DNA of 63,785 nt from Octopus bimaculoides (GCF_001194135.2 NC_068982.1:175090501-175154285); one strand, 5' to 3'; shown: positions 26,335 to 39,180, counted from the first letter of the stretch. Notes: generated by a model from the letters alone, not told the origin. Numbers and translations are program-made.

Positions 26335-26760
26335 TAATATGAATATATGCATATATACATGCATATATGGGTATGGGTATAGGACATAAAAAAACATGGA
26401 CAGAATGAGAAACGAGAACATAAACGAGAACATAAAACACAAAACGAGACATGCAACATAAAGAACATTCCCTTCATCAGTTGTCCCCTGTTTTATCTAC
26501 TCCGCGTTTCGAAGGTAAGGACAAAACGCGACTTCGTTAAAACAGTCCTTCCCGCAAAGCAAATTAAATAAAATTTGGGATTTTATGCGGAGGGTGAAAG
26601 TGGTAACAAAAACATGACAGTGCGAACAAAACAGTAAAAACAAACGGTGAGGGCTGTTTAGCGAAGACGATGTGAAGTACTGAACGCTGGAAAAACGAGC
26701 TTTGAGAAGAGACAGATGAAAGCACGTCTTGTCTTTAGGAAGTAAATGGAAGAAAGAGAG
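26335..26760 (-). mobile_element. Putative Penelope-type terminal-repeat remnant
   Basis: Shares GAAACGC..CTGATGAAGG and a (TACA)-rich end with 35120-35355; lies next to TA-rich microsatellite. Confidence 0.45.
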
Positions 26761-28019
26761 AATGGTTGTTAGTCACGTGTGATCAACGAGAGAGTCAAGG
26801 AGGAACGGTGAAGGGGAGAGGAGAAGAATAGGGAAAGGGTGGGAGAGAAAAACAGAAAGGAAGAAGGACAAGAGAGGGAGATAGATAGACAGAAAAGAGA
26901 TAGAATAAGAGTGCACATCGTAATTATTAAGATAAAACTTACTTGGAAAAGGATGCGTGACGTTCGATCATATAATAATATAAATACTATATGCATNNNN
27001 NNNNNNNNNNNNNNNNNNNNNNNNNNNNNNNNNNNNNNNNNNNNNNNNNNNNNNNNNNNNNNNNNNNNNNNNNNNNNNNNNNNNNNNNNNNNNNNNNNNN
27101 NNNNNNNNNNNNNNNNNNNNNNNNNNNNNNNNNNNNNNNNNNNNNNNNNNNNNNNNNNNNNNNNNNNNNNNNNNNNNNNNNNNNNNNNNNNNNNNNNNNN
27201 NNNNNNNNNNNNNNNNNNNNNNNNNNNNNNNNNNNNNNNNNNNNNNNNNNNNNNNNNNNNNNNNNNNNNNNNNNNNNNNNNNNNNNNNNNNNNNNNNNNN
27301 NNNNNNNNNNNNNNNNNNNNNNNNNNNNNNNNNNNNNNNNNNNNNNNNNNNNNNNNNNNNNNNNNNNNNNNNNNNNNNNNNNNNNNNNNNNNNNNNNNNN
27401 NNNNNNNNNNNNNNNNNNNNNNNNNNNNNNNNNNNNNNNNNNNNNNNNNNNNNNNNNNNNNNNNNNNNNNNNNNNNNNNNNNNNNNNNNNNNNNNNNNNN
27501 NNNNNNNNNNNNNNNNNNNNNNNNNNNNNNNNNNNNNNNNNNNNNNNNNNNNNNNNNNNNNNNNNNNNNNNNNNNATATATATATATATATATATATACA
27601 GACATATATATACACTCACAAGCATATATATATGTAAGTGTGTGTGTGTGTATGTTATGTAAATGTGCGCCTGTGTGTATGTTTTTATGTGTATGTATAT
27701 ATAATAAAAATAATTTCTCGGATGGAATTTATAAATATACGTCGCTACGTATGTTTCCACAAATCATGTGATTTGTGGAAACGCGCGTAGCGATGTGTTA
27801 AATATTTATAAATTCTATCCTAGAATTATCATTATTATATTTATCCCACATTTCTATCGGTATAACCGAGATGCAACCCCCAAAACTAACTCACTAGTTA
27901 GTATCATTAGACAGCGGCCGGCGTAATGAATTAGGAGCTTTATTTGCATACACCTAACGCTACCTTAAACGAATTTAAAAGATATATATGTGTGTGTGTA
28001 TGCGTGTGTATTCACATGT

Positions 28020-28055
<36 letters not shown>

Positions 28056-28670
28056 ACACATGTGAAGCGATTGGGTACTTTCTATGATATAACTAGCTAG
28101 TATTTTCTGGTATCATGCAAAGTTAACTGTGATGACTTATTGAATCGATTATGTCTTGTTTATAGTAGTTACTTCAAGCATGACTTTGCTTTCAGGCGAC
28201 TGTTCTTTTCCTCGGCATCTCACTGGTTGTTTAAACACCAATCGCAAACAATACCGAGTTTTGGCGCCAAGTTTAGAATTTCAATTCTTGAGCCTGATTT
28301 TGCCGATCCCCAAAGTGTAAATGGCATTGATTTTTATCCTCATTTTACAGGCAAACGAATGTATGAGACTATGTTCGTTCATCATTTTCATTTTGTTTCA
28401 ACGTTGTTTCTTGATTATTATCGAACTCATACTTTGAAATCCATCACACATTTCTGAAAACATTTGGGACTTTACAAAGACAAAATACGTTCAAGCATTT
28501 TCTTTTTCCATAACATATTTTCACAATCAGAAGATAAAGCCACTCTTGATATCATAGTTGTGCTAAAAGATGGAACATCGTAAATTTCAAACTACGGACT
28601 GTATTAATGAAACGAAATGTATGTAATGACATACTTATCACCCTCCCTCTCTCTCAAAGACACACACACA

Positions 28671-28714
<44 letters not shown>

Positions 28715-28953
28715 TGCTGAGACCCCTTTCGGTCATGACTGACTATGGGATTGCACCTAGAAAGTTACCCTCCCAGGCAAGGTTGTTTATGGAAGACCAA
28801 CAGTTGCCCATGCATACCGGCCTCCCCTCTCCACACCACCAGTGTTATCTAAGAGATAAGGCAAAGGCTCGGCACCTGTGACGTCGCAACTCATTTCTAC
28901 AGCTGAGTGAACTGGAGCAACGTGAAATAAAATGTCTTGCTCAAGAAAGCAAC
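28715..28953 (-). mobile_element. SINE family D, 3' part (core CTTGAGCAAGACATTTTATTTCACGTTGCTCCAGTTCACTCAGCTG)
   Basis: Core shared with 56803-57110 but with a different tail; head lost in the gap. Confidence 0.7.
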
Positions 28954-30050
28954 NNNNNNNNNNNNNNNNNNNNNNNNNNNNNNNNNNNNNNNNNNNNNNN
29001 NNNNNNNNNNNNNNNNNNNNNNNNNNNNNNNNNNNNNNNNNNNNNNNNNNNNNNNNNNNNNNNNNNNNNNNNNNNNNNNNNNNNNNNNNNNNNNNNNTAT
29101 ATATATATATATATATATATATGAGTGTATTGATGCGAGCATGCGCATCTGTACATAGGCGCGCACGCGCACGTCTGTACACACGCGCGCGCGCGCATAT
29201 GCTCACGTGCACACACATATACACGCATACACACACATGCGTATTCATTCATATGTACATATGTATGTTCGCATGCATGCCAGTGTGCGTGCACACACCC
29301 ATGCGCATGCAAATGTGTTGTCACGCGCGCACGTGCGTGAGTACACACGCGCAAAACAAGCGTTGGAGGTTGGTAATTGGCAAGTCCTGCTCATGAGGGT
29401 GGTTGGTAGCGGTGACCTTGGTGCAGGTGGTTTAGTGTAGCAGCTGGTGTTAAGGTGGTATATCCGGGTTGTCGGCAGTCAGAGGCCTGAAATTTGCCAG
29501 AAGAGCATATCTCTGGTGACAGCAATACAATAAATCGTATTTCTGGTTGATGGATACTGCCGGTTATTGGAGGATGTGCAGTTTTTCTCGGAGGCAGAGT
29601 TGTCAGTTGGGTGCATATGAAGGAATACGCATGTGTGTGCGCTTGCGCGTTCATCCAAGCGTATGTGTGTGTGTGAGAGCTAACGCCCATGTACAGATGC
29701 GCACGCTCGCATCAATACACACATGCACGCAAAACCATATGAGTACGTCTGCACACCCACATATAGAACTATATACTTGCATATGCCGCCCCTTCCTACT
29801 TCTCCCCACCCCAACAACCTGACTGATTTCCTAATCGCCACGTAGTTTATTTCCTGTCCACCATGTGGTATTTGCCAACTAACTGTTGCTCAACATCAAA
29901 CCACGACACCGCGTGGCCTTTCTCGACCAATCGCAGGCCACCTCACGGTAATAACAATCAACTTCTGTCATTCAAATTCAAAATGGCTGAAGACCAGCAT
30001 CACGCTTGTAACTCAAGAGTACCAACAAACTTGAATCAAACTGTTTTGAT

Positions 30051-30107
<57 letters not shown>

Positions 30108-31741
30108 CACACACATATGTGTACATGTATATATGTATACATATACGTGTATGTATAAATGTGTGTGTGCACAGAACCTTCCTTACACAAACGCACACAT
30201 ATACACACGCGCACTAACACACACACACACACACACACATGTATAATACCCTGCATATTACATATATAAAGAGATGTGAAATATGCTTTTACAATTATAA
30301 TTTCATAATACCAATAGAAAAAAAAAACGAAAAATTAAAGCACAGTTAGGAAATATGAATGTAGAATTTTATTTAAGAAAAAATATAATGTTTGTAATTT
30401 TTATAAATAGGTATAAAAGTGGCTAACAAAAATCTGTAACATTCATGCAGTTCCCAAAAGCAATAACAATAAATTTTTATAAGATTGGCACCAGGCTGTG
30501 AAATTTAAGTTATGGAAGAATGAATTTCAGTATTAATTTTATTAACAAAAGAAAGATGCAAATCAAAGTGTCCCCTCGATGGGTGTTGATCACTGGTCGT
30601 GAAGGGATGTAATTAAATACATAAAACAATGATAGTTTTGCACTCTACAGGTTCTATAAATTTACTAAATTAAAAAACAAAACAATAAAAACGTAATATT
30701 TTCGCTCTTTTTGTCATAAACCTTTCATATAAGACATGGCAAATTAACAGACATATATGGTAGTGAATACATAAACAGATATAGGTACATAAGCCGCAAT
30801 ATAATCACCTATACACCTAGATCCACAAACACATCACACACGCACGGGCACGCGCACAAAGTGTGTAAAAACATCGAGTTACAAAAACCGACAGCTGTTT
30901 CAATACAGGAAAAGGCTCTAAATATTTCCTTCAAACGAAACGCTGGGTATCTTCCAAGATTCACCTGTAAATGCTCATCATACAGTACGGTATGACAACC
31001 TGGTGCCAGGGATGTGTCCCATTCTGTAGTCATCTGGCGACTGCTAGAACACCTAATAGAATTACCAGTTCCGCCCATGATCAACTTTATATTGGAAGGC
31101 TAGCTGCCTTACCAACGAGTATCATCGTACTAGAAGAATAAATTTTCACTTTGTATTTGTGAAACTTTTAGAAATTTAGATCTAAGACAATCTTTTAATG
31201 CATCCCACCTACACACAAGATTACACGCATAGCTATATGGTTAAGAGGTTTGTTTTACTGATTTTTGATTTAAGTTCGATTCCAGTGAGATGCACACTGG
31301 GAAAGTGCTTTTCCTGTACCTAGAGCTGGGCATTATTGTGAGAGTGGAATTTGGCAGCTGGAAATTGTGCGGAAGCACCTCGTATGTATACATCGATGCA
31401 TATATATACGTTTACATGTGTGTGTGTATATATATATATATATGCACACACTCTCCCCATATACCCATTTGTATGCGTATATTTCTCTATGTTACTGTAA
31501 GACACTGCTCAATTGTGTCCGTCTCTTTATATCAACAAAATAAGACTTGTGTAAATATGTACTAGACTAAAAAATCTTGTGGGTGGATATGTTTAACTAA
31601 AACTATTGAAGTGGGACCCCCAATTAGTATGGCTGAAGTCCAAATGACTGAAACTAACAAAAGTGAGTATACACACTCTCATACGTATGTATGTATGTAT
31701 GTATGTATGTATGTATGTATGTATGTATGTATGTATGTATG

Positions 31742-31785
<44 letters not shown>

Positions 31786-32864
31786 GAGACAGACACACAC
31801 ATATATATACAAAAACATATGCGTGTGTGAGTGTGATATTATTTTAGCACCACAGAAATGTTTATGATGTTTTATAGCAACGCCCATGGCCAATCAGTAC
31901 ATATTTCAAATATTACACAGGTCAAGAAATATAGCTGCCTTATATTTATACTTAATGTCTCCTAAAAGCAGTCGGTTGGGTCGATGTCTTCTAATAACAA
32001 TAAAAAACAAATTGGTGACATGTTACAATCTTTGTTTTAAATTCCGTACTATTTAGCTATTTTTAATGCGTAAAATATTGGGTTTTCTTATGGTTTGTCA
32101 CGCCCATTTCATAGATATTTTCAGTGTAAGTGAGGCGAGGTTTCTTTTCTTTCAGTTGAATTATAGAAACCGCATGAGAATTCAGTGTTTGTACCGAGCA
32201 ACCAGTCATAGTTGCTGACTGTTAGCTCTCAAAGACTCTAGCTCGAAATAGGTACTGCAGACTGGTTTAATACGTCGTCAAGCCATGAGGAAACCTTTAA
32301 GGGTTACAAACTGTTATGCTAGCAGCCTAGATTCCTCTCACCTAATTTCTAATTTTTATTTTGAGTCTTTAACCTGCAAATACCATATTCGGATTGGACA
32401 ATTATGCTCAATCTCGCTGGTGTGAGAGGATTTGAAAAGATAAAGGACAAGTCCTTCTTTTAATAAATATTTAAAAAAATACATAGCAACTTCCATCAGC
32501 AATTTCTATATACTTTTACATTCCCCAGCAAGGGCCACAGCCTCAGGGCTGAAACATATAAAAGAATATAATTAACTGCTTATTAACTAAAATAGCATTT
32601 TTTTATTAGGCTCTGATCTTTACATTTTTTAAGGGCATTAAAATAGTAAACAGAGTAAGATAGTTAGTTTTCAATTGAAAAATGACTCTTCCTACGACCA
32701 CAAATTTTGGGGAATAAGAGTTGATCAAATCGATTATATACTTATCTTCACATTCTTTACAGGACGAAAGGTGAAAAAGTGGGGATGCAAAGGACGTAAT
32801 CAACACCGGTGGTTGACTGCGCTTGTTAAACATCGTCCTCTCATTTAGTAATGGTAATAATCAC

Positions 32865-33057
32865 TTCTAACATAAACGCAATCCCACACACGTAAAGGAG
32901 AGTTTTGACTGGTACTTATTTTATCGACCTCGGAAGGGTAAAGCGTCAAATTAATTCGAGTTGGATTTGAACTCAGAATGTAAAGTAAAAGGAGATAAGT
33001 TAGTACCACAAAATTTTGCGTCCGCCTTTCAACCTATTCTGCCAACCTACGACTCCC
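32865..33057 (-). mobile_element. SINE family B, degenerate, in the putative 3' UTR or downstream region of the zinc-finger gene
   Basis: GACTGGTACTTATTTTATCGACCTCG..TTTGAACTCAGAA. Confidence 0.7.
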
Positions 33058-33070
33058 ATTTATTATAAAA

Positions 33071-33076
33071 TTTATT
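33071..33076 (-). promoter_or_regulatory. Candidate polyadenylation signal AATAAA for the zinc-finger gene
   Basis: First minus-strand AATAAA I noticed after the stop (about 440 nt downstream); another at 32602-32607. The motif is common in AT-rich DNA. Confidence 0.3.
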
Positions 33077-33518
33077 TTTTCTCCCGTCACAAAATTTTTG
33101 ATCAGGGTAAAGGTACATAGATATAATTTACCTCAGTTCATACAAGGTACTTAATTTGTTGCCCCCATTCCGTCCGGATGAGATGAAAAGTAAAGTTGGT
33201 GAAAAAGATGACGCTGGTTACAATGAACCTAGAATACGAATTACATATCCAAGTCGGCTCTCTGTCTGCGCTCTCAATACAGTTATGATCCCCAGGAAAC
33301 AATAACTGTTGTTGTTGTTTAGCTCCATATTCTGATCGGGCAAAACTTTTGTACAATGCATTCCAACTCTGACCATCCTATCTTATTCACACGCACACCA
33401 TACCTAGAATTCTTTTTAAAAAGATGTAAGGTGTGATTTGAGGAAGATTAGGTTGCTATTTTTAGCAAGTCAGGTCACTGCGTACAAACGTCCTTGGTTG
33501 TTTGTCTGAGTGGCGAGA

Positions 33519-33694
33519 TCAGGTATGTGTCTTCATGTGTTTGCTGAGGTGGTCTTTGCGTGTGAAAGCCTTGCGACAAACACTGCAGCTGTGGGGTCGC
33601 TCCCCAGTGTGGATACGACGATGTCGAGTTAACTCCTCATTTCTTATGAAAGCCCTTCCACATTCCGGTTCTTTACACACAAACGGTCTCTCAC
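33519..33694 (-). CDS. hkb: Terminal coding exon: C2H2 zinc fingers 2 and 3 of a Huckebein-like (Sp/KLF-related) transcription factor
   Basis: Polypyrimidine tract plus AG (33696-33695), phase-1 G|GT; (G)[57 protein letters not shown] = 176 nt ending at TGA 33521-33519. RNEELTRH and RxDHLxKHMKTH match Huckebein as I recall it; Sp/KLF/EGR have RSDEL. The ORF-track N-terminus (MFVDIV..) is intronic. Confidence 0.85.
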
Positions 33695-33892
33695 CTAAAC
33701 AAACGATACAGAACAAACAGAGATAAGCAAGTAAGTAAACAGGAACAATATCAACGAACAAAACATAACATCAACAACAATTAATGACATATTACCCTAG
33801 TACATCGTAACAGATTAGTAAGGGTGGGGTATACATGCTTATGACATATGCAAACAATAGAAAAGCAAAATAAATAAATAAATAAATAAAAT

Positions 33893-34046
33893 ACGCTGGC
33901 TGTGTGGTAAGAAGCTTGCTTCCCTACCACATTGTTCTGGGTTCAGTCCCACTGCTTGGCACCTTGGGCAAGTGTCTTTTACTATAGCCTCGGGCCGACC
34001 GAAGCCTTCTGAGTGGATTTGTTAGTGGGAAACTGAAAGAAGCACT
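33893..34046 (+). mobile_element. SINE family A, 5' part
   Basis: GGTTCAGTCCCACTGCTTGGCACCTTGGGCAAGTGTC. Confidence 0.85.
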
Positions 34047-34047
34047 C

Positions 34048-35040
34048 TTAATTTCATCGTCTATAAGCGAGGGTAGATATTGTCTTTCAGTTAGTGTTAT
34101 TCTGAGGTCTTGAAGACGAAGGTCCCGAATATTTCTATTAGACACTATTGTGCAAATCCTTTTTGCTAAACTAGAGGGGATATTTCTTTTAGTGTGTTTC
34201 GCGTGGCATAAGCTAAATAGGAGATATTACTTCGAGTCCGTAGGTTTATGATAAATATTAGTTATAATTTGGTTGTTGACCTTTTTCATCATAACATCCA
34301 AGAAAGGGTGCTGTTCTTTGCTATATTCCATTGTGAATTGAATGTTAGGGTTTATATTATTTAGTATTGATTTGAACTCCAACAGTTTATCAATGATCTC
34401 CTTCCAAATGATAAAGCAGTCGTCAAGGTATCTTTGTCAGTTCTCTCTCATATAATGGTGAAATGGATATCCATATTTTTGCAGTAACGTTTCATATATG
34501 GAGTATTTAAAATAACCCGTTATTAGGTTCGCCAGAACAGGGGCTGCTTTCGTTCCTATCGCAATTCCACATTTTTGACGATAGTAGGTGTCATCAAATA
34601 GGAAATAATTTTTCTAAGGTATAAATTTTAAAGGTTCAGTTATAAAGACCTGGTTTATGCATTCCGGCAGTACTTCAGGGTACTTTTCCAGCCAGAATTT
34701 TATTGCTTCTATCCCATAGTCATGTGGATGTTGGCGTAAAGATTAATAACATCGAAGGAAACTAATAATGTCTCTTCATTAGTTGTTTTTGGTAGGTTCT
34801 CTAGCATGTCTAGAAAATTGCTTAGGCGGTGGGTTTCACAGGCTAAGCCAGCTATAATGGGCCTTAACTTTAAGTCTTCTGGTGCTTGGATATTTATGTA
34901 TTTGCCTGGTGATTGTTTGCAGGCTTCATTAACTAACTATCTTGCTCTAGGTTTACATTTAAAGTTCATGATATGATCTATTTCTTTTTATATCAGGCCT
35001 TTTCCATGTAGAAGTATTAAAGATTCAAGATTTTTCATTG
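34048..35040 (-). mobile_element. Penelope-like retroelement RT fragment (decayed)
   Basis: LRPIIAG, LVSFDVINLYANI, YRQKCGIAIGTKAAPVLANL, RYLDDCFIIW (YLDD 34430-34419), IYHKPTDSK, LAKRICTIVS. Confidence 0.92.
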
Positions 35041-35119
35041 TTTTATATATATATATATATATATNNNNNNNNNNNNNNNNNNNNNNNNNNNNNNNNNNNN
35101 NNNNNNNNNNNNNNNNNNN

Positions 35120-35355
35120 AATACAAATGATATATGAGCATATGCATGTGTACATACATATATGTACATACCTACATCTACATGTATATATAGATGCATA
35201 TCCGGGTACAGGACGTTAGAAAAGGAACGGGAACATAAAGCACAAAAATTGACTTTTCTTTTACAGACAACAGAATGAACACACAGGAAATCAGACGAGC
35301 CACTTATGGAACTTTTCCTTCATCAGCTGCCTCTATTCTAAACTAGGCGTTTCGA
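35120..35355 (-). mobile_element. Putative Penelope-type terminal-repeat remnant
   Basis: GAAACGC..CTGATGAAGGAAAAGTTCC; 3' end matches the reverse complement of 50385-50450. Confidence 0.5.
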
Positions 35356-36734
35356 TATATATAAATACACACACACACACACATTCTGAGTGAGAAAACT
35401 TTTTCCCTGTTGGTGACACTTGAAATATATGTCCGAAACACATACGTACACACCAATAATACACGTCAACATAATTTCCGTTTCATATTTTCTAAGCAAC
35501 GTCATAATGACAGTGGTATGTTGTCGTGGGAGCTAATAAGCGGTTACTCGAGTGACTAGAAAAGAACATCTAGATCTTTCTGAATTCACCTTATGTATTC
35601 TTTAAAGTTAAAGATACATTAAATAATGTTTTATAATAGACAGCGAGTAAATTAAGATGGTATATCTTTAAACATGGGCCTGCCCGTTACTGACTAACTT
35701 AGGGCTAAACAACATTAAGAAGTGAATTATGATGGTTATTGTTTTTTAGTTGGAGATTATTTCTGATCGAGTAAGCCTTTAATCAAAAGCTATTCTGTTT
35801 GTTTTCGAAACATGACGTCTTTTCCTTCTTAAAAGAGCATGATAAGAGTTGAGTTACATTTGGCTACTATTTCTAGCGGATCAAGCGACCAGATAGAGAC
35901 TCCTTTGTTTGGATCGACTTCATAACAAACAGTCTCGCTCGTCTTTTAATTTATGTACCAGGCATGTAAATACCAAAGATTCACTTTACAGTTATGAAAC
36001 TCTCACCTGATATATGAATGAACAATATTGCCAACTCATTCCTTCCTATGTTTCTGATAACCTGATTATGTTGGATTAGGATGATGAACCCTATTATAGA
36101 CAATGCTCAGTGCACTCGTGTCATCGGTAGCATACAAAGGGATGAGATAGCTTCATATTACTCATTCACTGGTTATATGATATCAGAGGGGAAATCAATG
36201 GTAGGTATTTTCGATTCTGATATCTCGCTTAAACGACCATTTAAGTAGTTTTTTTTCTTTAGCCTTCTTTTTTTTTCATAGTTTCATCCTGTCCTTACTA
36301 ATTATCAAAAAATATTTTGCGTATCGAAACACCCCCCCCCCCACACACATACACCCCCACACGCAAACACGTACACAAGTATACCTACATAAAAATATAT
36401 AGACACATACATACATACTCAGTAAAAGACTGTCTTAGTATAAATATAGAGAATCACCTTCCCTGTTACTGAGAATATACATAAAAAACAATTCAAGGAA
36501 TATTGGCGGAACATTCCCATCAAAACTTCTACCAAATGCAAACGTAACAGACCGGGTATTTTTGTTTGAGAGAGAAAGAAAAAGTATGTATGTACGTACA
36601 TACATGTATACATGCATCTATGTATGTATGCATTTATGTAAGTGTGCTTGTGTACGCAAGTGATTAGTGTTTATCTTAAATTGTCAAATACCCATTGAAT
36701 TGAACTGTAATAGCCAGTGAAATTCACTTTAGAA

Positions 36735-37550
36735 TAGCATTTTCTACTATGGGAACAAGGCCTGAAAATTTGGGGGTAGGGGTAGTCGATAACATCAACC
36801 TCGAAAAGAATGAAAGACAAAGTTACACTTCGGCAAAATGAGAACTCAGAACATAAAGACAGACGAAATGCCGCTAAACATTTTGTCCAGTATGCTAACG
36901 GTTCTGCCCGTTTAACATCTTAATTCAATTCAACCTAATGCTATACATATCATGTTTATATGCGCACATTTTCATTTCCGAAAGAAAAAAAGTGAAATAT
37001 AGTATAGCGCTGCAGAAACATAAATATTCAATTCCAATTCAATTGTAATGGAGAAAGTAGTTGATAAGTTATCGCCCAAGAGGAATAATGACTGATATGC
37101 ATTTTAAGGAAATGGGATAGATACAAAGCCTGAAAGTGCAGGGAAGGAGGGTAGTCGATTACATCAACCCCGGTCCTCGACTGGTACTTATTTTATCGAA
37201 CTTAAAAGTATAAAAGGCAAAGTGGGCTTCGGCGGAATTTGAACTCAAAACGTGAAGGCTTATGAAACGCTGCTAAACATTTTGCCCGGCGTGCTAACAA
37301 CTCTGCCAGCTCGCCGCCTTTAGGTTCATATTAATAATCCTTTTCTACTAAAGGCACAAGGCTTGAAATTTGCAGGAAGGGGACTAGTCGATTACATCGA
37401 CCCCAGTGTTTCACTACTGCTTAATTTATTGATTCCGAAAGGATGAAAGGCAAAGTTGATCACGACGAAATTTGAACTCAGAACGTAAAGACGGACGAAA
37501 TGCCTCTAAAACTTTCGCCCAACTGTTAACGATTCTGCCAGCTCGCCACC
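36735..37550 (-). mobile_element. Three SINE family B copies (36735-36910, 37113-37320, 37338-37550), the last two head-to-tail
   Basis: Repeated GTCGATTACATCGACCCC..GAACTCAGAAC..GCCAGCTCGCC. Confidence 0.85.
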
Positions 37551-38024
37551 CACAGTTTCATATTAATAATACATTTCGTTCTAATCGCTTCGTGTCAAAA
37601 TGGAATGCTCAGTCAATCATTCTACATTTTGCGCAGCATTATTTCACATCTATTATTCATGATTCATCTCAATTGAATATTAGCCAAATCTCATTGCGAT
37701 GCATTCTGGAGAATTTAAATTCATGTCACATATATTCTTAAACTCGTAAAATCACTAAATGAAGACGAAGAGGATTTTCATCGTCAATCTCATTTCTGCG
37801 CGGAAATGTTGGTGTTCTTTTATAATGAACCTCGTCTTATTGATAATAGAATTTGAGCTATTAGTCATAACATTTGGTATACGATGCGACAATTCATCGA
37901 CACAACTGTATGTTTTATGCTGCAGATAACATGCATGAAACTATAGCCAAAAGTTTGGTTAATAATGGAGTATGTCCGGACTAAGTTACAGTTCCAGTGT
38001 TACTGGGGCTTTCTTTCTTTCTTT

Positions 38025-39180
38025 CTTTCAATGACATAAACAACGAAGCGAAGGAGCTGCCCATTCTCCCAAAGATAGAGGATAGTTTGAACCGCCTCAC
38101 CTCGCGCCTCCCAATTACACGCTTGAATTTCCACACCCAACTTCGTTTCTTATCCTAAATGTAGGCTAATTAAACCCTCTAAGAGCGAGATAGGCATTGT
38201 ATATAATCGTATTCTCGATGCATCAGCTCCTGGTTTACAGAGTTTATCTTATACGATTTCAGCCCTGTTGTAATCAATTGGTTTTGCAGTTTCAAGACTA
38301 ACACACCCAACAGGTTTACCCAATTCAATGGCGTAGATTTCTACTCGTCTGTCTTGAAATCTGTCCTCCTGAAGGCCCAAGACTTTGGTAGACAATTCAT
38401 CAGAATTCGATCCAAAAATCATTATGAATGTTTGGAAGTGACTCCTATTTTACAATAACTCCTATTGAGTAAAAAAAAAGGAAGATGACGTATCCACGAG
38501 GTCGTACGTCAGGGTTGAGGCACTGACCTGGTTGGATTATTTATCGTGGACACTCTAAAGAAACATACACACATCATAGGCAGACCTTGTACAAGGACGA
38601 TTGTCTGTCTGGCAATCTCTAAGCATGCGAACGGCCATGCTATTGATAAGATGAGGGGGAATCTTATAAACACCTTAAAAAAATTCTATCTCACTGTAAT
38701 TGTTTCCACCAACTTAACTTCTTGGGCGTAACCTTTAAACACAAGGTATGCAAATACTATACCTACAGAAAACATAATCAGGAAACTGTCATTTCCCCAA
38801 AAAACTTCAACCTCTGTAAATAGAAAGCTAGTCTTCAAGAAGACTTCACTCTACTGTAACGCGGCACTAGCGAGGAACGAGTGGCTTTACTGATAAATTT
38901 GTGTATAGGGAAGATTTCTACCACATCCTTAAATCTAAAGATAATTAAGGAAAGACAATTTGTTTTAACCCTCCAATTTAGATGTTTCCACCAATGTAAG
39001 TGATGAAATTCTACTAACAGCTGACCAGAATCCGGCCTCTAAAAAACTGTAGTCTTTAGAACCATCCGCACACCATCCAATGGCATTGCAAAACGCTACA
39101 CTGGCATACAGCCAATGTATTTAAGAGAAGATACATACAACACATACATTCATTCAGGTGTAGGGACAATGAAAACTTTA
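38025..39180 (+). mobile_element. Decayed Penelope-like element of a second type (RT plus GIY-YIG-like end)
   Basis: PKCRLIKPSKSEIGIV (38154-38201), RFTQFNGVDFYSSV..KAQDF (cf. FIQFDIVDFYPSI..KALDF), LVGLFIVDTL, LYKDDCL (38587-38607), NFLGVTF, YTYRK, and KRYTG..F..R..HIHSF near 39085-39160. Confidence 0.8.

Noticed and set aside
33697-33761. N-terminal extension [22 protein letters not shown] of the zinc-finger ORF
   Set aside because: It is the polypyrimidine tract and intron upstream of the AG acceptor.
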